DNA of 64,000 bases from contig CBDDCA010000006.1 of the NCBI GenBank assembly GCA_965226055.1, positions 704,001 to 768,000 of the forward strand. The letters run 5' to 3'. Shown in pieces: positions 21,581 through 30,936 of this stretch. The notes beneath the pieces were generated by a model. It was given only the letters and a program-made list of their open reading frames with translations. It did no database searches and was not told where the DNA came from. This DNA comes from Spirochaetia bacterium (GTDB lineage: Bacteria > Spirochaetota > Spirochaetia > WTKD01 > G963693115). Position 1 is the stretch's first letter; every line of letters starts with the position of its first letter. The translations under genes and the position numbers were made by a program.

Positions 21581-22216
21581 ATGATAAAGCATAAGATAAA
21601 AAAAATAATTTTGCTAGGACCAAAACATGTAGGAAAAACATCGGTTGCAGAGCAAATAGCAATACAATGTTCATTTCCATTTTCTGATACTGATGCTGAT
21701 ATATTACTTGCATTACAAAAGAAAAATCAGGTACACAAAAGTATTGCAGAGGCCTATGAAGCTATAGGTCCTACTGTATTTCAGTCATATGAAGCACAGG
21801 TAGTAGCACATGCACTTGCTACTGATGCCTATATAGTAGCAACAGGGGGAGGTCTTGCAGATAACCAAAAAGCCTTTTTTTATGTTCAATCTGCTATTAC
21901 TGCGTTTTCAAATAAAGTACCTAAAACAGAAAATACCTGTCTGGCAGTACTCTTAAAAGATGAGGGAGATAAAATATGGGAGCGTGTGAGTCAAAAAAGT
22001 ATTCCTGCTTTTGTAAAAAATGCAGTGTTCCAACAACTAACGATACAAAAAAAGAGGATGCCCGATCAAGCAACTCTGTACAGTATGTATCGGGATTATT
22101 TTATGGAAACATTTCATAGGCGTAATGAAATATATGCCTCAATAGCAAATAAAATAATAGAAGTACAGCATAAAACACCGATGCAGTTAGCAAAAGAAAT
22201 TTGTGCTATACTATAA
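21581..22216 (+). CDS. aroK: Shikimate kinase
   Basis: Walker A GPKHVGKT, DTD, IVATGGG, C-terminal R...Y. Confidence 0.75.
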   Translation: MIKHKIKKIILLGPKHVGKTSVAEQIAIQCSFPFSDTDADILLALQKKNQVHKSIAEAYEAIGPTVFQSYEAQVVAHALATDAYIVATGGGLADNQKAFFYVQSAITAFSNKVPKTENTCLAVLLKDEGDKIWERVSQKSIPAFVKNAVFQQLTIQKKRMPDQATLYSMYRDYFMETFHRRNEIYASIANKIIEVQHKTPMQLAKEICAIL

Positions 22217-22222
22217 ACATTT

Positions 22223-23467
22223 ATGTCTAGTAAAGTAATAATTCTTGTTATAAATTGTGGTAGCTCTTCCTTAAAATACGATGTGTTTTCTTTTGAAAAT
22301 GACAAAATATATAAAAGTATGGCAAAGGGAGTAGTAGAAAAGATAGGAGAATCAGGATCGAGTATTATAAATCATAGCAGTACTGGTGTAAAGGTGCGAG
22401 AAAGCTGTGAAATTTCTTCTCATAAAGAAGCCTTTACTGTTATGTCTAATTTTTTATGTCATAAAGAATACGGAGTGCTAAAAGATATCTCGGAGATAAA
22501 TGCAGTAGGGCATAGGGTAGTACATGGAGGAGAAATGTATGCCTCATCGGTGATTATTGACTCTTCTGTGAAACAAACAATAAGAGAGATGATTCCTCTT
22601 GCTCCCTTACATAATCCTGCACATCTTATTGGGATAGATGTAGTCACTGATATTCTGCCTTCTGTTCCTCAGGTGGCAGTATTTGATACTGCATTTCATC
22701 AAACTATGCCAGAATACTCTTATTTATATGCTCTTCCGTATAATATTTATCAACAATATAAGATTAGGCGCTATGGGTTTCATGGGACATCGCATTATTA
22801 TGTAAGCAGACGAGCTGCAGATCTATTAGGAGTATCCGTTAAGGACATACATATGATTACTTGTCATCTAGGAAATGGAGCTTCTATTACTGCAGTTGAG
22901 AAAGGAAAATCTATAGATACCTCTATGGGATTTACTCCGCTTGAAGGGCTTATGATGGGAACGCGTTGTGGCTCGGTAGATCCAGCTATTGTAAACTATC
23001 TCATTTTACAAGGGAAAGGCACAGATCAGATAAATACCATTATCAATAAAGAAAGTGGTTTGTTAGGTATTTCTGGTATATCAAATGATATGCGTGATAT
23101 TGAAACAGTAGCACAAGACGAATATCAAGGTACATTTTTGCCCATGAAACACAGAGCAGAGCTTGCTCTTAAAATGTATGCTCATGTAGCTGCAAAATAT
23201 ATTGGGGGGTTTATGACAGTATTAAGAGGTGTGGATGTTATTGTTTTTACTGCAGGGGTAGGACAGTTTGGAACAAAAATGAGAAAACGTATTTGCGATC
23301 ATTTTTCGTTTATGGGAGTGGAGATAGATGAAGAAAAAAATGCGACAGCAACAACTACAGAGGCAATTATTTCTACAGATGCTTCAAAAATAAAAGTAGC
23401 CGTTATTCCTACAAACGAAGAGTTACAAATAGCAAAAGATACCTATACCTTAATGCAATCTATGTAA
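22223..23467 (+). CDS. ackA: Acetate kinase
   Basis: NCGSSSLK, GHRVVHGG, PLAPLHNP, FDTAFH, RYGFHGTSH, MGFTPLEG, PTNEE. Confidence 0.97.
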   Translation: MSSKVIILVINCGSSSLKYDVFSFENDKIYKSMAKGVVEKIGESGSSIINHSSTGVKVRESCEISSHKEAFTVMSNFLCHKEYGVLKDISEINAVGHRVVHGGEMYASSVIIDSSVKQTIREMIPLAPLHNPAHLIGIDVVTDILPSVPQVAVFDTAFHQTMPEYSYLYALPYNIYQQYKIRRYGFHGTSHYYVSRRAADLLGVSVKDIHMITCHLGNGASITAVEKGKSIDTSMGFTPLEGLMMGTRCGSVDPAIVNYLILQGKGTDQINTIINKESGLLGISGISNDMRDIETVAQDEYQGTFLPMKHRAELALKMYAHVAAKYIGGFMTVLRGVDVIVFTAGVGQFGTKMRKRICDHFSFMGVEIDEEKNATATTTEAIISTDASKIKVAVIPTNEELQIAKDTYTLMQSM

Positions 23468-23501
23468 TTCTTGGAAAAATAATTAAAATAGTGTAATTTT
23501 T

Positions 23502-25121
23502 TTGCAAAACAGTAACGCTCCACAGTTTATTCTTGCTCAACATCTTATTGAATGGTTTAGTTGTCCTTTGCGATCATTTCATCTTATTCATAATCAATGC
23601 TCATCTCTTGCTATAGCATCTCGCTATCGTGAAAATATTCGTGTGTTACATACATTTCTGCGTGACTTAAAAAGCATTGATATTGCTCTTCCTCTTGATA
23701 GGAGAGAGAATGCTGAACAACATGCAGTGAAGACTCCACAAGAGTCTCTTATAGAGACTAAGGAGCTATTTGAACGTAATCAGCCAATAAGTGAAGCTCT
23801 ATTTTGTATAAGAAGAAATATACTTCTTTTTGTTCCATATATGTATTGGGATAATGAAGCGAAAGGATGGGTGTTGTGGTATGGTATGGCATCTAATAGC
23901 CATAAACGGGAATCTATGTTGCAGGCTGCATTGATGTTGGCATATGCAAAAGAACACGGTGTCTCTATATCAAAGATATTATGTTTTGCTCATAATACAT
24001 TTAAGCTCATAGATAAACAGCTCATAACGTATGAAATTAAAAAAAATACCGATACTATTGATAGTAGTATAGTCAAACAGCTTAAACATTGGAGATGTTT
24101 TGATATAACCAAAAAAACTCGTAATTATGCGACACAAGAAAAAAATGAGTTCAAAAATCTTTTTGCAATTATAGAAAAAGAAGATGCCTTTACAAATAAA
24201 CAGTACTGGAAAGGATGCAACAGGCAGTACTGTGAATCATGTGCTACTGAAGAGCAGTATGCAATAGACGATATTCGTACAATACGAAAATCTAAGCATC
24301 TTACTGACGAGTTGTATAAAGATGGAATACGGAAAATTACAGAACTTCCATCGGGAATCCCTTTTGAAACGGCAGCATATCGACAAATACAGTCTGTAAA
24401 ACAAAATAGACCCATACTGTACACACAAGAAATAAAAGAAATGCTTCATAGTATGCACTATCCACGATATTATCTTGATTTTGAAGCGTTTAATAGCTCT
24501 GTGCCTTCGTTTCATAAAACAAATGCATGGGAATATGTTCCTTTTTTGTTCTCTTTACAATGGCAAAGTCATCCTCAAGGGAAAGTGCATACTCAGTTGT
24601 GGGCTATGCCTCCCGCAGTGGATAAACGTAAGGATATGTGGGATATTTTGAAACAGCATCTCGATAGAGCTGGTTCTATTATTGTGTACAGCAGTCAGTT
24701 TGAGGATGCAATTCTTAAAAAACTGTCAGAGCTTTCAAACGAATATTCTGTGTACCAAGAGTTACGATCAAAGATAGTAGATTTACAAACGCTATTTTTT
24801 AATCTATCATTGTATCACCCTAAACAAAAGGGGAAAATATCTCTTAAGACGGTAGCTGATGTATGGCTTACTATTTCTTATAGTAATTTTACTGTTTCTG
24901 AAGGTATTGCTGCTAATTATTACTATGCTACTTTTTGTGATGAAGCACAGCATATTTTTGATACTATTAAGCAATCACCGTATCTCTCACTGTTGTTTGG
25001 TACACTCCGTAGTATAGAAGACAGTACTATTGTACTCAAAGATATTATGGAGTATTGTAAATATGATACAAAAGTTATGGTACATATTGTGCATTTACTA
25101 GAAGATAGTGTAAGCACATAA
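23502..25121 (+). CDS. DUF2779-domain protein (RNase H-like fold)
   Basis: YPRYYLDFEA, VPFLFSL, IIVY...FE, IVDL, G.ISLK.V, YCKYDT. Confidence 0.65.
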   Translation: MQNSNAPQFILAQHLIEWFSCPLRSFHLIHNQCSSLAIASRYRENIRVLHTFLRDLKSIDIALPLDRRENAEQHAVKTPQESLIETKELFERNQPISEALFCIRRNILLFVPYMYWDNEAKGWVLWYGMASNSHKRESMLQAALMLAYAKEHGVSISKILCFAHNTFKLIDKQLITYEIKKNTDTIDSSIVKQLKHWRCFDITKKTRNYATQEKNEFKNLFAIIEKEDAFTNKQYWKGCNRQYCESCATEEQYAIDDIRTIRKSKHLTDELYKDGIRKITELPSGIPFETAAYRQIQSVKQNRPILYTQEIKEMLHSMHYPRYYLDFEAFNSSVPSFHKTNAWEYVPFLFSLQWQSHPQGKVHTQLWAMPPAVDKRKDMWDILKQHLDRAGSIIVYSSQFEDAILKKLSELSNEYSVYQELRSKIVDLQTLFFNLSLYHPKQKGKISLKTVADVWLTISYSNFTVSEGIAANYYYATFCDEAQHIFDTIKQSPYLSLLFGTLRSIEDSTIVLKDIMEYCKYDTKVMVHIVHLLEDSVST

Positions 25122-25296
25122 TACTATTTTATACATAGTAAAAAAAAGTCATTACTAATAAAATTTATTCTGGACTCATAAAATTCTATCAATAACAACT
25201 TTTTTAAAAACTGTATACTTCTCCCATTTTATAGGGGTATTCTTAAAACCTGCTGTGTGTAAAAACTTCTATCTTAGTAAATGGTATTAATTAGTA

Positions 25297-26169
25297 CTAT
25301 GAATTATCAGTGGTAATCTCTTTCTTAGCTTCAATTGATGTATAATGTTTTGTTGTAGTTTGACCTTGAGTAGTAGTAGTAATAACTTGTTGTACTACGA
25401 TTGTATAAGCTGTATTTTTAGTGAGATCAGTTAGTTTATAAGATGTTTTAGGATCAGAAGTAGTGTCGCTCATCTTTTTTGCTGTTTCTTTTTTTACATC
25501 TGCGGTATCGAGTCCTGTTCCTGCTTTATAATATATCCAATATTCATTGGAATCTGCAACTGCTGCATCATTAATATTAATTGTAACCTCTGTGCTGGTT
25601 ATTGGTGTAACTGTGAAAAAACTAACATCTGAAGGTTTTGTCTCAAATTTTGGTTTTTGAGTACTTTTATATGCCACTTCAAATCTTACTCCATCTGATT
25701 CTTCATCTCCATTTACCACAGTTATTGCTATTTCATAAGTTGTACCTGCGTTAAGTTTACTATGGTCTATCTCTGCTTGAGTGACATTTTTATTTGTAGT
25801 CTCTATTTGTTGAGGGGTTTCTGTGGCTGCGGCTGTTTGTATCTGTGCAGGAGTTCTTTCACTATTAATAACTTTTGCTATATAATATACCTTGTAAGAT
25901 AGGTTTGCTGCAGTTAGTTTTGTATTATCTGGTGTTTTAGCGTTGTCATCAATGTCCGGCGCATACCATTTTATTATTAAATCTCCATCACTATCAACAG
26001 AAATACTTCTTCCCACATCGGAAATATCTGGTAGTTTTGAATTACTTTCTGTACTACTACTACTCCCTACACCATTATTTTCACAACTTATAGTTGCAAA
26101 CAAACTTGTTACAATTATCATAAACAATGACAATTTGATTAAATTATTTGAAAACTTAGCATGTTTCAT
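25297..26169 (-). CDS. Lipoprotein with fibronectin type III-like domains
   Basis: Lipobox FATISC, Ser-rich linker, FN3-like motifs IKW, YKVYY, LNAGTTYEIAITV, LTKNTAYTIVV; GGAG RBS. Confidence 0.7.
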   Translation of the reverse strand: MKHAKFSNNLIKLSLFMIIVTSLFATISCENNGVGSSSSTESNSKLPDISDVGRSISVDSDGDLIIKWYAPDIDDNAKTPDNTKLTAANLSYKVYYIAKVINSERTPAQIQTAAATETPQQIETTNKNVTQAEIDHSKLNAGTTYEIAITVVNGDEESDGVRFEVAYKSTQKPKFETKPSDVSFFTVTPITSTEVTININDAAVADSNEYWIYYKAGTGLDTADVKKETAKKMSDTTSDPKTSYKLTDLTKNTAYTIVVQQVITTTTQGQTTTKHYTSIEAKKEITTDNS

Positions 26170-26440
26170 ATAATCTCTCCTTATAAAATATAATGTTTAT
26201 ACAACAAATAGAATGTTCATTAGTCCAAATTTCAAACATTTTATTTCTTGTACTTAATAATTGTATGTTTTTTTTGTCAAGTGCAAGGCACGAGGAATTA
26301 TGTATAAAAGCAGACTAAAATAATTTATTGCTTTTAGCGTAAATACGCAATCAAAATTATACTTGATGAGTATCTCTTATATGCGTAAATCAAAGTATAC
26401 AACTATAATCCTAATCTACTTTTTATCTATGCCGATACTA

Positions 26441-26469
26441 TTGACATATCTAAAAGGGAGAATTATAAA
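26441..26469 (+). promoter_or_regulatory. Sigma70-like promoter of the TM-protein/ImmA pair
   Basis: TTGACA, 17-nt spacer, TATAAA. Confidence 0.5.
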
Positions 26470-26575
26470 GTCTTGTATTACATTTTAGTTACAAATATGT
26501 TACAATATATATTAGTATGATTGTAGCTAAAGCATAAAAAACTATTGTAATATTAATCTTATATGTAAAAATAAT

Positions 26576-27055
26576 ATGAGTAATGAGAAAGAAAAGAAAA
26601 AGAATTGGTTTTCAAAGTTTATAGATTGGATTAATAAACATATATCTATGTTTATTAGTATTACTTTATTAGTATTTTTTATATCATTAGGTTTCATATT
26701 TTATCAGACTGTACAAACAGGATATTCTCATTTCAGAAATATAGAGTATGATTTTGATAGTGCAGATGCAATAAGTTTACAAATAACTTTATTACAAGTA
26801 CTTATAGGTTCATTTGCTTTGGGCGTAGGTGCATTAGGTATTATAGGATGGAAAGAATTACGTAATACTTTAAAAACTTCTATAACTAAAGAAATATTTG
26901 AAGAATTAGAAAAAGATAAAAGAAAAAGAGAAGAAGATTTAAGAAAAGAAATAACTGAAAAAACAGAATTAGATTTACAAGCAAAGGAGATGGAAGAAGC
27001 TAGAAAAAGAGAAATATTAAAAGAATTAGCAAGGAAATCTAATAGGAGGAAGTAA
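26576..27055 (+). CDS. Hypothetical two-TM protein with C-terminal charged coiled coil
   Basis: Two hydrophobic segments, E/K-rich tail, very AT-rich DNA. Confidence 0.7.
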   Translation: MSNEKEKKKNWFSKFIDWINKHISMFISITLLVFFISLGFIFYQTVQTGYSHFRNIEYDFDSADAISLQITLLQVLIGSFALGVGALGIIGWKELRNTLKTSITKEIFEELEKDKRKREEDLRKEITEKTELDLQAKEMEEARKREILKELARKSNRRK

Positions 27056-27059
27056 TAAA

Positions 27060-27566
27060 ATGAATAAAATAGAAGAAATAACACAAAACTTAAAAGAAGA
27101 TTCATTATTAGATACTATCCCAGTGAATTTAGAAAAAATAGCAAATCATTATGAAATAAAGGTTTTTTATAGATATATAGGAAAATTATCAGGCCAGATT
27201 ATAAAAAAAGAAAATAATACATATGAAATAATTGTTAGTGTTTTACACCCAAATACAAGACAACGATTTACATTAGCACATGAATTAGCACATTACTTCT
27301 TACATAAACAAGAAATAGGGGATGGGATAAATGAAACTGCTTTATATAGAAGTGGACTCTCTAATAAAATGGAAGCAGAAGCTAATAGATTAGCTGGAAA
27401 TATTATTATGCCTGGTCATAAAATTGATGAAATTTTAGAAGAAATAACAAAAAAAATAGGACTTAGTGTAGAAAATGGCAAAGAAATAATAATTACTCTT
27501 ATGGCTGATATATTTGAAGTTTCTAAACAAGCAATGACCTATCGTCTAGGACTACAAGACAAATAA
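27060..27566 (+). CDS. ImmA/IrrE family metallo-endopeptidase (DUF955)
   Basis: RQRFTLAHELAHYFLH (HExxH), EAEANRLAGNIIMP, FEVSKQAMTYRL; AGGAGG RBS. Confidence 0.88.
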   Translation: MNKIEEITQNLKEDSLLDTIPVNLEKIANHYEIKVFYRYIGKLSGQIIKKENNTYEIIVSVLHPNTRQRFTLAHELAHYFLHKQEIGDGINETALYRSGLSNKMEAEANRLAGNIIMPGHKIDEILEEITKKIGLSVENGKEIIITLMADIFEVSKQAMTYRLGLQDK

Positions 27567-27632
27567 TTATTTTATAATGTTTTATTTCTGTTTTGTGATT
27601 TTTTATATACAATAACTTTATCCAAGAAATCA

Positions 27633-27752
27633 TCCACGAGTTCAAGTATTAAATGCGACAAAGGAGCAAAAAAAGGATACCCTATGAGCTATACTCATAT
27701 ATCATACCATGAACGCACAGAAATAGCACGGCTTAAAATATCCCGTTTGTGA
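27633..27752 (+). mobile_element. IS30-family left end with truncated transposase N-terminus
   Basis: IR-like TCCACGAGTTCAAGTATTAAATGCGACAAAG (second copy at 38820), followed by mini-ORF 27684..27752 MSYTHISYHERTEIARLK, resembling IS30 transposase starts. Confidence 0.6.
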
Positions 27753-27782
27753 TAAGTGTTGAATCAATATCACACTACTAGC

Positions 27783-27827
27783 ACGGGAGGCTGTATTAGT
27801 CTAATTTTCATTAAATGGGTCAGCCTC
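27783..27827 (+). mobile_element. Isolated IS1595-family end
   Basis: GGAGGCTGTATTAGTCTAATTTTCATTAAATGGGTCAGCCTC closely matches the reverse complement of 59012-59053. Confidence 0.8.
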
Positions 27828-28595
27828 TTATTTTTTTTTGTTTTGATGTTCTGGATCGTTTACTGTTTGTCCTCTTGCTTCACGATATTTTACTATTTTT
27901 CGTTTGAGTAAATTTATCAGTTTAGTAATTTTTATGCCACGAGGACATGCTTTTGTGCATTCAAACATGCTTTCACATGCCCATATGCCATCTTTTTTGT
28001 CCAGAACATCAATACGAGCTTCAAGTCCCGCGTCGCGAGTATCGTCAATAAATCGTGCTGCCTGTACTAATGCCATAGGGCCAATGAAGTCGGGATTTTT
28101 TTCATCTAGTATAGGGCAAGCCGAAAAACATGCAGCACAGCCAATACAGCTGGATGCCTCTGCAAGTAATTTTTGTTCTTCAGGGCTTTGTAAAAATTCG
28201 CCTACTGAGGGAAGATCTTTCCTTGGTATAAAATAAGGTTTGACTGATTTATATTTTTCTATAAACGGAGTTTGGTCAACGACAAGATCTTTTTCCACCT
28301 TTAGATGATTAAGTGGCTGTATTTCCACCGTAAAATTATTGTCTTCGTTTGCTACTTGCTCAAATAATGTTTTACACGCAAGCCTATTTTTGCCATTGAT
28401 AATCATTGCGTCTGAGCCACACACACCATGTGCACAGCTTCTTCTAAATGATAATGTTCTATCTTGTGTTTTTGCAATGCTTTCTAGTGCATCTATTACA
28501 CGGGATGTATCTTCTACTTCTAAAGTATAGGTAGAGTAGCTTGTTTTTATAGCTGCTTTAGGGTCAAAACGCTTTACTTTTAATGTTACTTGCAT
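27828..28595 (-). CDS. sdhB: Succinate dehydrogenase/fumarate reductase iron-sulfur subunit
   Basis: SCAHGVCGSD, CIGCAACFSACP, CESMFECTKACP; AGGAGG RBS before ATG 28595. Confidence 0.9.
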   Translation of the reverse strand: MQVTLKVKRFDPKAAIKTSYSTYTLEVEDTSRVIDALESIAKTQDRTLSFRRSCAHGVCGSDAMIINGKNRLACKTLFEQVANEDNNFTVEIQPLNHLKVEKDLVVDQTPFIEKYKSVKPYFIPRKDLPSVGEFLQSPEEQKLLAEASSCIGCAACFSACPILDEKNPDFIGPMALVQAARFIDDTRDAGLEARIDVLDKKDGIWACESMFECTKACPRGIKITKLINLLKRKIVKYREARGQTVNDPEHQNKKK

Positions 28596-28612
28596 GTTTC
28601 CTCCTAATATTC

Positions 28613-30367
28613 CTAATATACTCGTGGTTTTGGTTCCCATTTACTTATATCGACAGGGTCGTAAGTAATAGTTACTTTTTTATCATGTGATAGAGTGGCC
28701 ATAGTGTGCTGTAAGTAATGCTCATCATCTCTTTCGGGAAAATCTTCTCTTGAATGTCCTCCGCGAGTTTCTTTTCTTTCATAGGCTCCTGCTACCACCA
28801 TACGTGAAAGATCTATCATTGATCCAAGTTCAAAAATACGTAAAATATCATAATTAAAGTCTATACTACTGTTTTCAACACCTACTTCTTTGTATTCTTG
28901 TTGAATATTGATAAGCTCTTCTGTAGCTTCTAAAAGTCCTTGTTCGGTTCTAAATACCCCCACTTTTTTTGACATAAGCAGTTGTAATTTTTTATGAACA
29001 TCTCCAAGTGATCGCTTACCTTTACGTTGAAAAAGTTGACTGTGTATTGCATGTGCTTGTTCAATTTGTTCTTTTGGTATTTCAGGAAGACTGACATTTG
29101 AGACATATGTTCCCATAGCTCTTCCTCCTCTTCTTCCAAACACCAGTAGCTCAAGAAGACTGTTTGAACCTAATCGGTTTGCTCCATGTACTGATACACA
29201 GGCACATTCTCCTGCTGCATAAAGGCCAGGGTATGTTTGTTTTGAATATACAACTTCTGCATTAACGTTGGTAGGGATGCCTCCCATAGTGTAATGAGCA
29301 GTAGGATGTACAGGAATAGGATGTTCAATTGGATTGATGCCAAGATATACTTCACAAAATTCGCGTACATCAGGGAGCTTTTGATTGATAACATCAGCTC
29401 CTAAATGGGTAGTATCAAGGTATACAAAATCATCAATGCTACAATTTCCTTTTACTCCTCGTCCAGCAAGAAGTTCTTGTGTAATATACTTTGCTACTAA
29501 GTCCCTTGGTGCAAGATCTTTTAAGGTAGGAGAATATGTTTCCATAAAAGGTTCGCCTTTTCCATTACGTAAAATGCCTCCTTCTCCACGTACTCCTTCT
29601 GTGATTAACACTCCAATATCTTTGATGCCAGTGGGATGAAACTGAAAGAACTCCATATCCTCTAAAGGAATACCTTCGCGTGCTACTAATGCAGCACCAT
29701 CGCCTGTATTTGCAAGGGCATTTGAAGTTATTTTGAACAATCTTCCGCATCCGCCTGTAGCAAACATAACTGCTTTCGCATTAAAAATATGTAATGATCC
29801 ATCAGAAATACGTATAGCTGCAATGCCACAAGCAGTGGTATCTTTCATAAGTAATTTTATAACATGATATTCATCATAAAAATTGACATTTTGTTTTATA
29901 CATTGTTGATATAATGTATGAAGAATATGATGTCCTACACGATCAGCTGCAAAACAGGTACGCATAAGAGGTCCTTCTCCAAAGTGATGAGTGTGTCCCC
30001 CAAATTTTCGCTGTGCTATTTTTCCTTCGGAGGTACGAGAAAAAGGAAGTCCTGAGTTTTCTAAATAATAGATAACTTCGGGAGCTTCTTGTGCAAGAAT
30101 AATGGCAGCTTGTTGATCAACAAGATAATCCCCTCCTTTTACAGTATCGTATGCGTGCCACTCAAAATGATCCTCTCCCATATTTCCTAATGAAGCGGCA
30201 ACGCCTCCCTGTGCTGCTCCTGTATGGCTTCGAAGAGGAAACAATTTACTCACTACCGCTACATCTTTTACATGAGAGCTGGCTTCAAGGGCAGCATAAA
30301 GACCAGAGCCCCCTCCTCCAACTATTATGACATCATGGCTGTGATATGTAATATTAGGACTACTCAT
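28613..30367 (-). CDS. sdhA: Succinate dehydrogenase/fumarate reductase flavoprotein subunit
   Basis: GGGGSG, RSHTGAAQGG (covalent FAD His), QFHPT, TEGVRGEGG, HYTMGG, HGANRLGSNSL. Confidence 0.93.
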   Translation of the reverse strand: MSSPNITYHSHDVIIVGGGGSGLYAALEASSHVKDVAVVSKLFPLRSHTGAAQGGVAASLGNMGEDHFEWHAYDTVKGGDYLVDQQAAIILAQEAPEVIYYLENSGLPFSRTSEGKIAQRKFGGHTHHFGEGPLMRTCFAADRVGHHILHTLYQQCIKQNVNFYDEYHVIKLLMKDTTACGIAAIRISDGSLHIFNAKAVMFATGGCGRLFKITSNALANTGDGAALVAREGIPLEDMEFFQFHPTGIKDIGVLITEGVRGEGGILRNGKGEPFMETYSPTLKDLAPRDLVAKYITQELLAGRGVKGNCSIDDFVYLDTTHLGADVINQKLPDVREFCEVYLGINPIEHPIPVHPTAHYTMGGIPTNVNAEVVYSKQTYPGLYAAGECACVSVHGANRLGSNSLLELLVFGRRGGRAMGTYVSNVSLPEIPKEQIEQAHAIHSQLFQRKGKRSLGDVHKKLQLLMSKKVGVFRTEQGLLEATEELINIQQEYKEVGVENSSIDFNYDILRIFELGSMIDLSRMVVAGAYERKETRGGHSREDFPERDDEHYLQHTMATLSHDKKVTITYDPVDISKWEPKPRVY

Positions 30368-30517
30368 ATGTTTAGTATATCACAGAGAGCAGGCTTTATG
30401 TTTCATGTATAGAAGTATATTGTCCTACTTTTAGATGCTATAGGAATGCTATATTAGGGAGTATGCCCCATTACAGCATATGCATAGCAATGGAGCATTA
30501 TAGAGTAAGAGTATGGT

Positions 30518-30772
30518 TTATTCGTTGGTAATCCATTTGTTAACAACTTTGCCATCAATATCGGTAAATCCACCAGCAATGATAAAAATGCCATCTACAA
30601 GATTCCAAATAAAAAGAGTTAAAAATCCGAACAATAATTGCATAATGCCAGATGTAATCTTTCCGACATACATTCTGTGTACTCCAAGTCCTCCAAAGAA
30701 AAACCACAATAATAAACAGACTAGTTTGCTCTTATTAGAAATAGTATCTGAAACAGTAACATCCATATCCAT
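30518..30772 (-). CDS. TM2 domain-containing protein
   Basis: KSKLVCLLLWFFFGGLGVHRMYVGK, WNLVD; AGGAGG RBS. Confidence 0.85.
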   Translation of the reverse strand: MDMDVTVSDTISNKSKLVCLLLWFFFGGLGVHRMYVGKITSGIMQLLFGFLTLFIWNLVDGIFIIAGGFTDIDGKVVNKWITNE

Positions 30773-30936
30773 AACCTCCTAATAGTATATAAAGGGATAC
30801 ATCAGCAAGCAACATAGCATGAAGTTCCTTTTTTTATTAAGTATATACTATATTTTTTCTTTTGTGGTATTTCATTTTGTATTTGTAATGGTATATCTTA
30901 TGAGTGTATAATAGTGTTTTATGCTATGCTGAATGT

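Noticed and set aside
23502-25121. DUF2779 protein as a Cas4-like or defence nuclease system
   Set aside because: Solitary gene following ackA, with no cas genes, array or partner genes.
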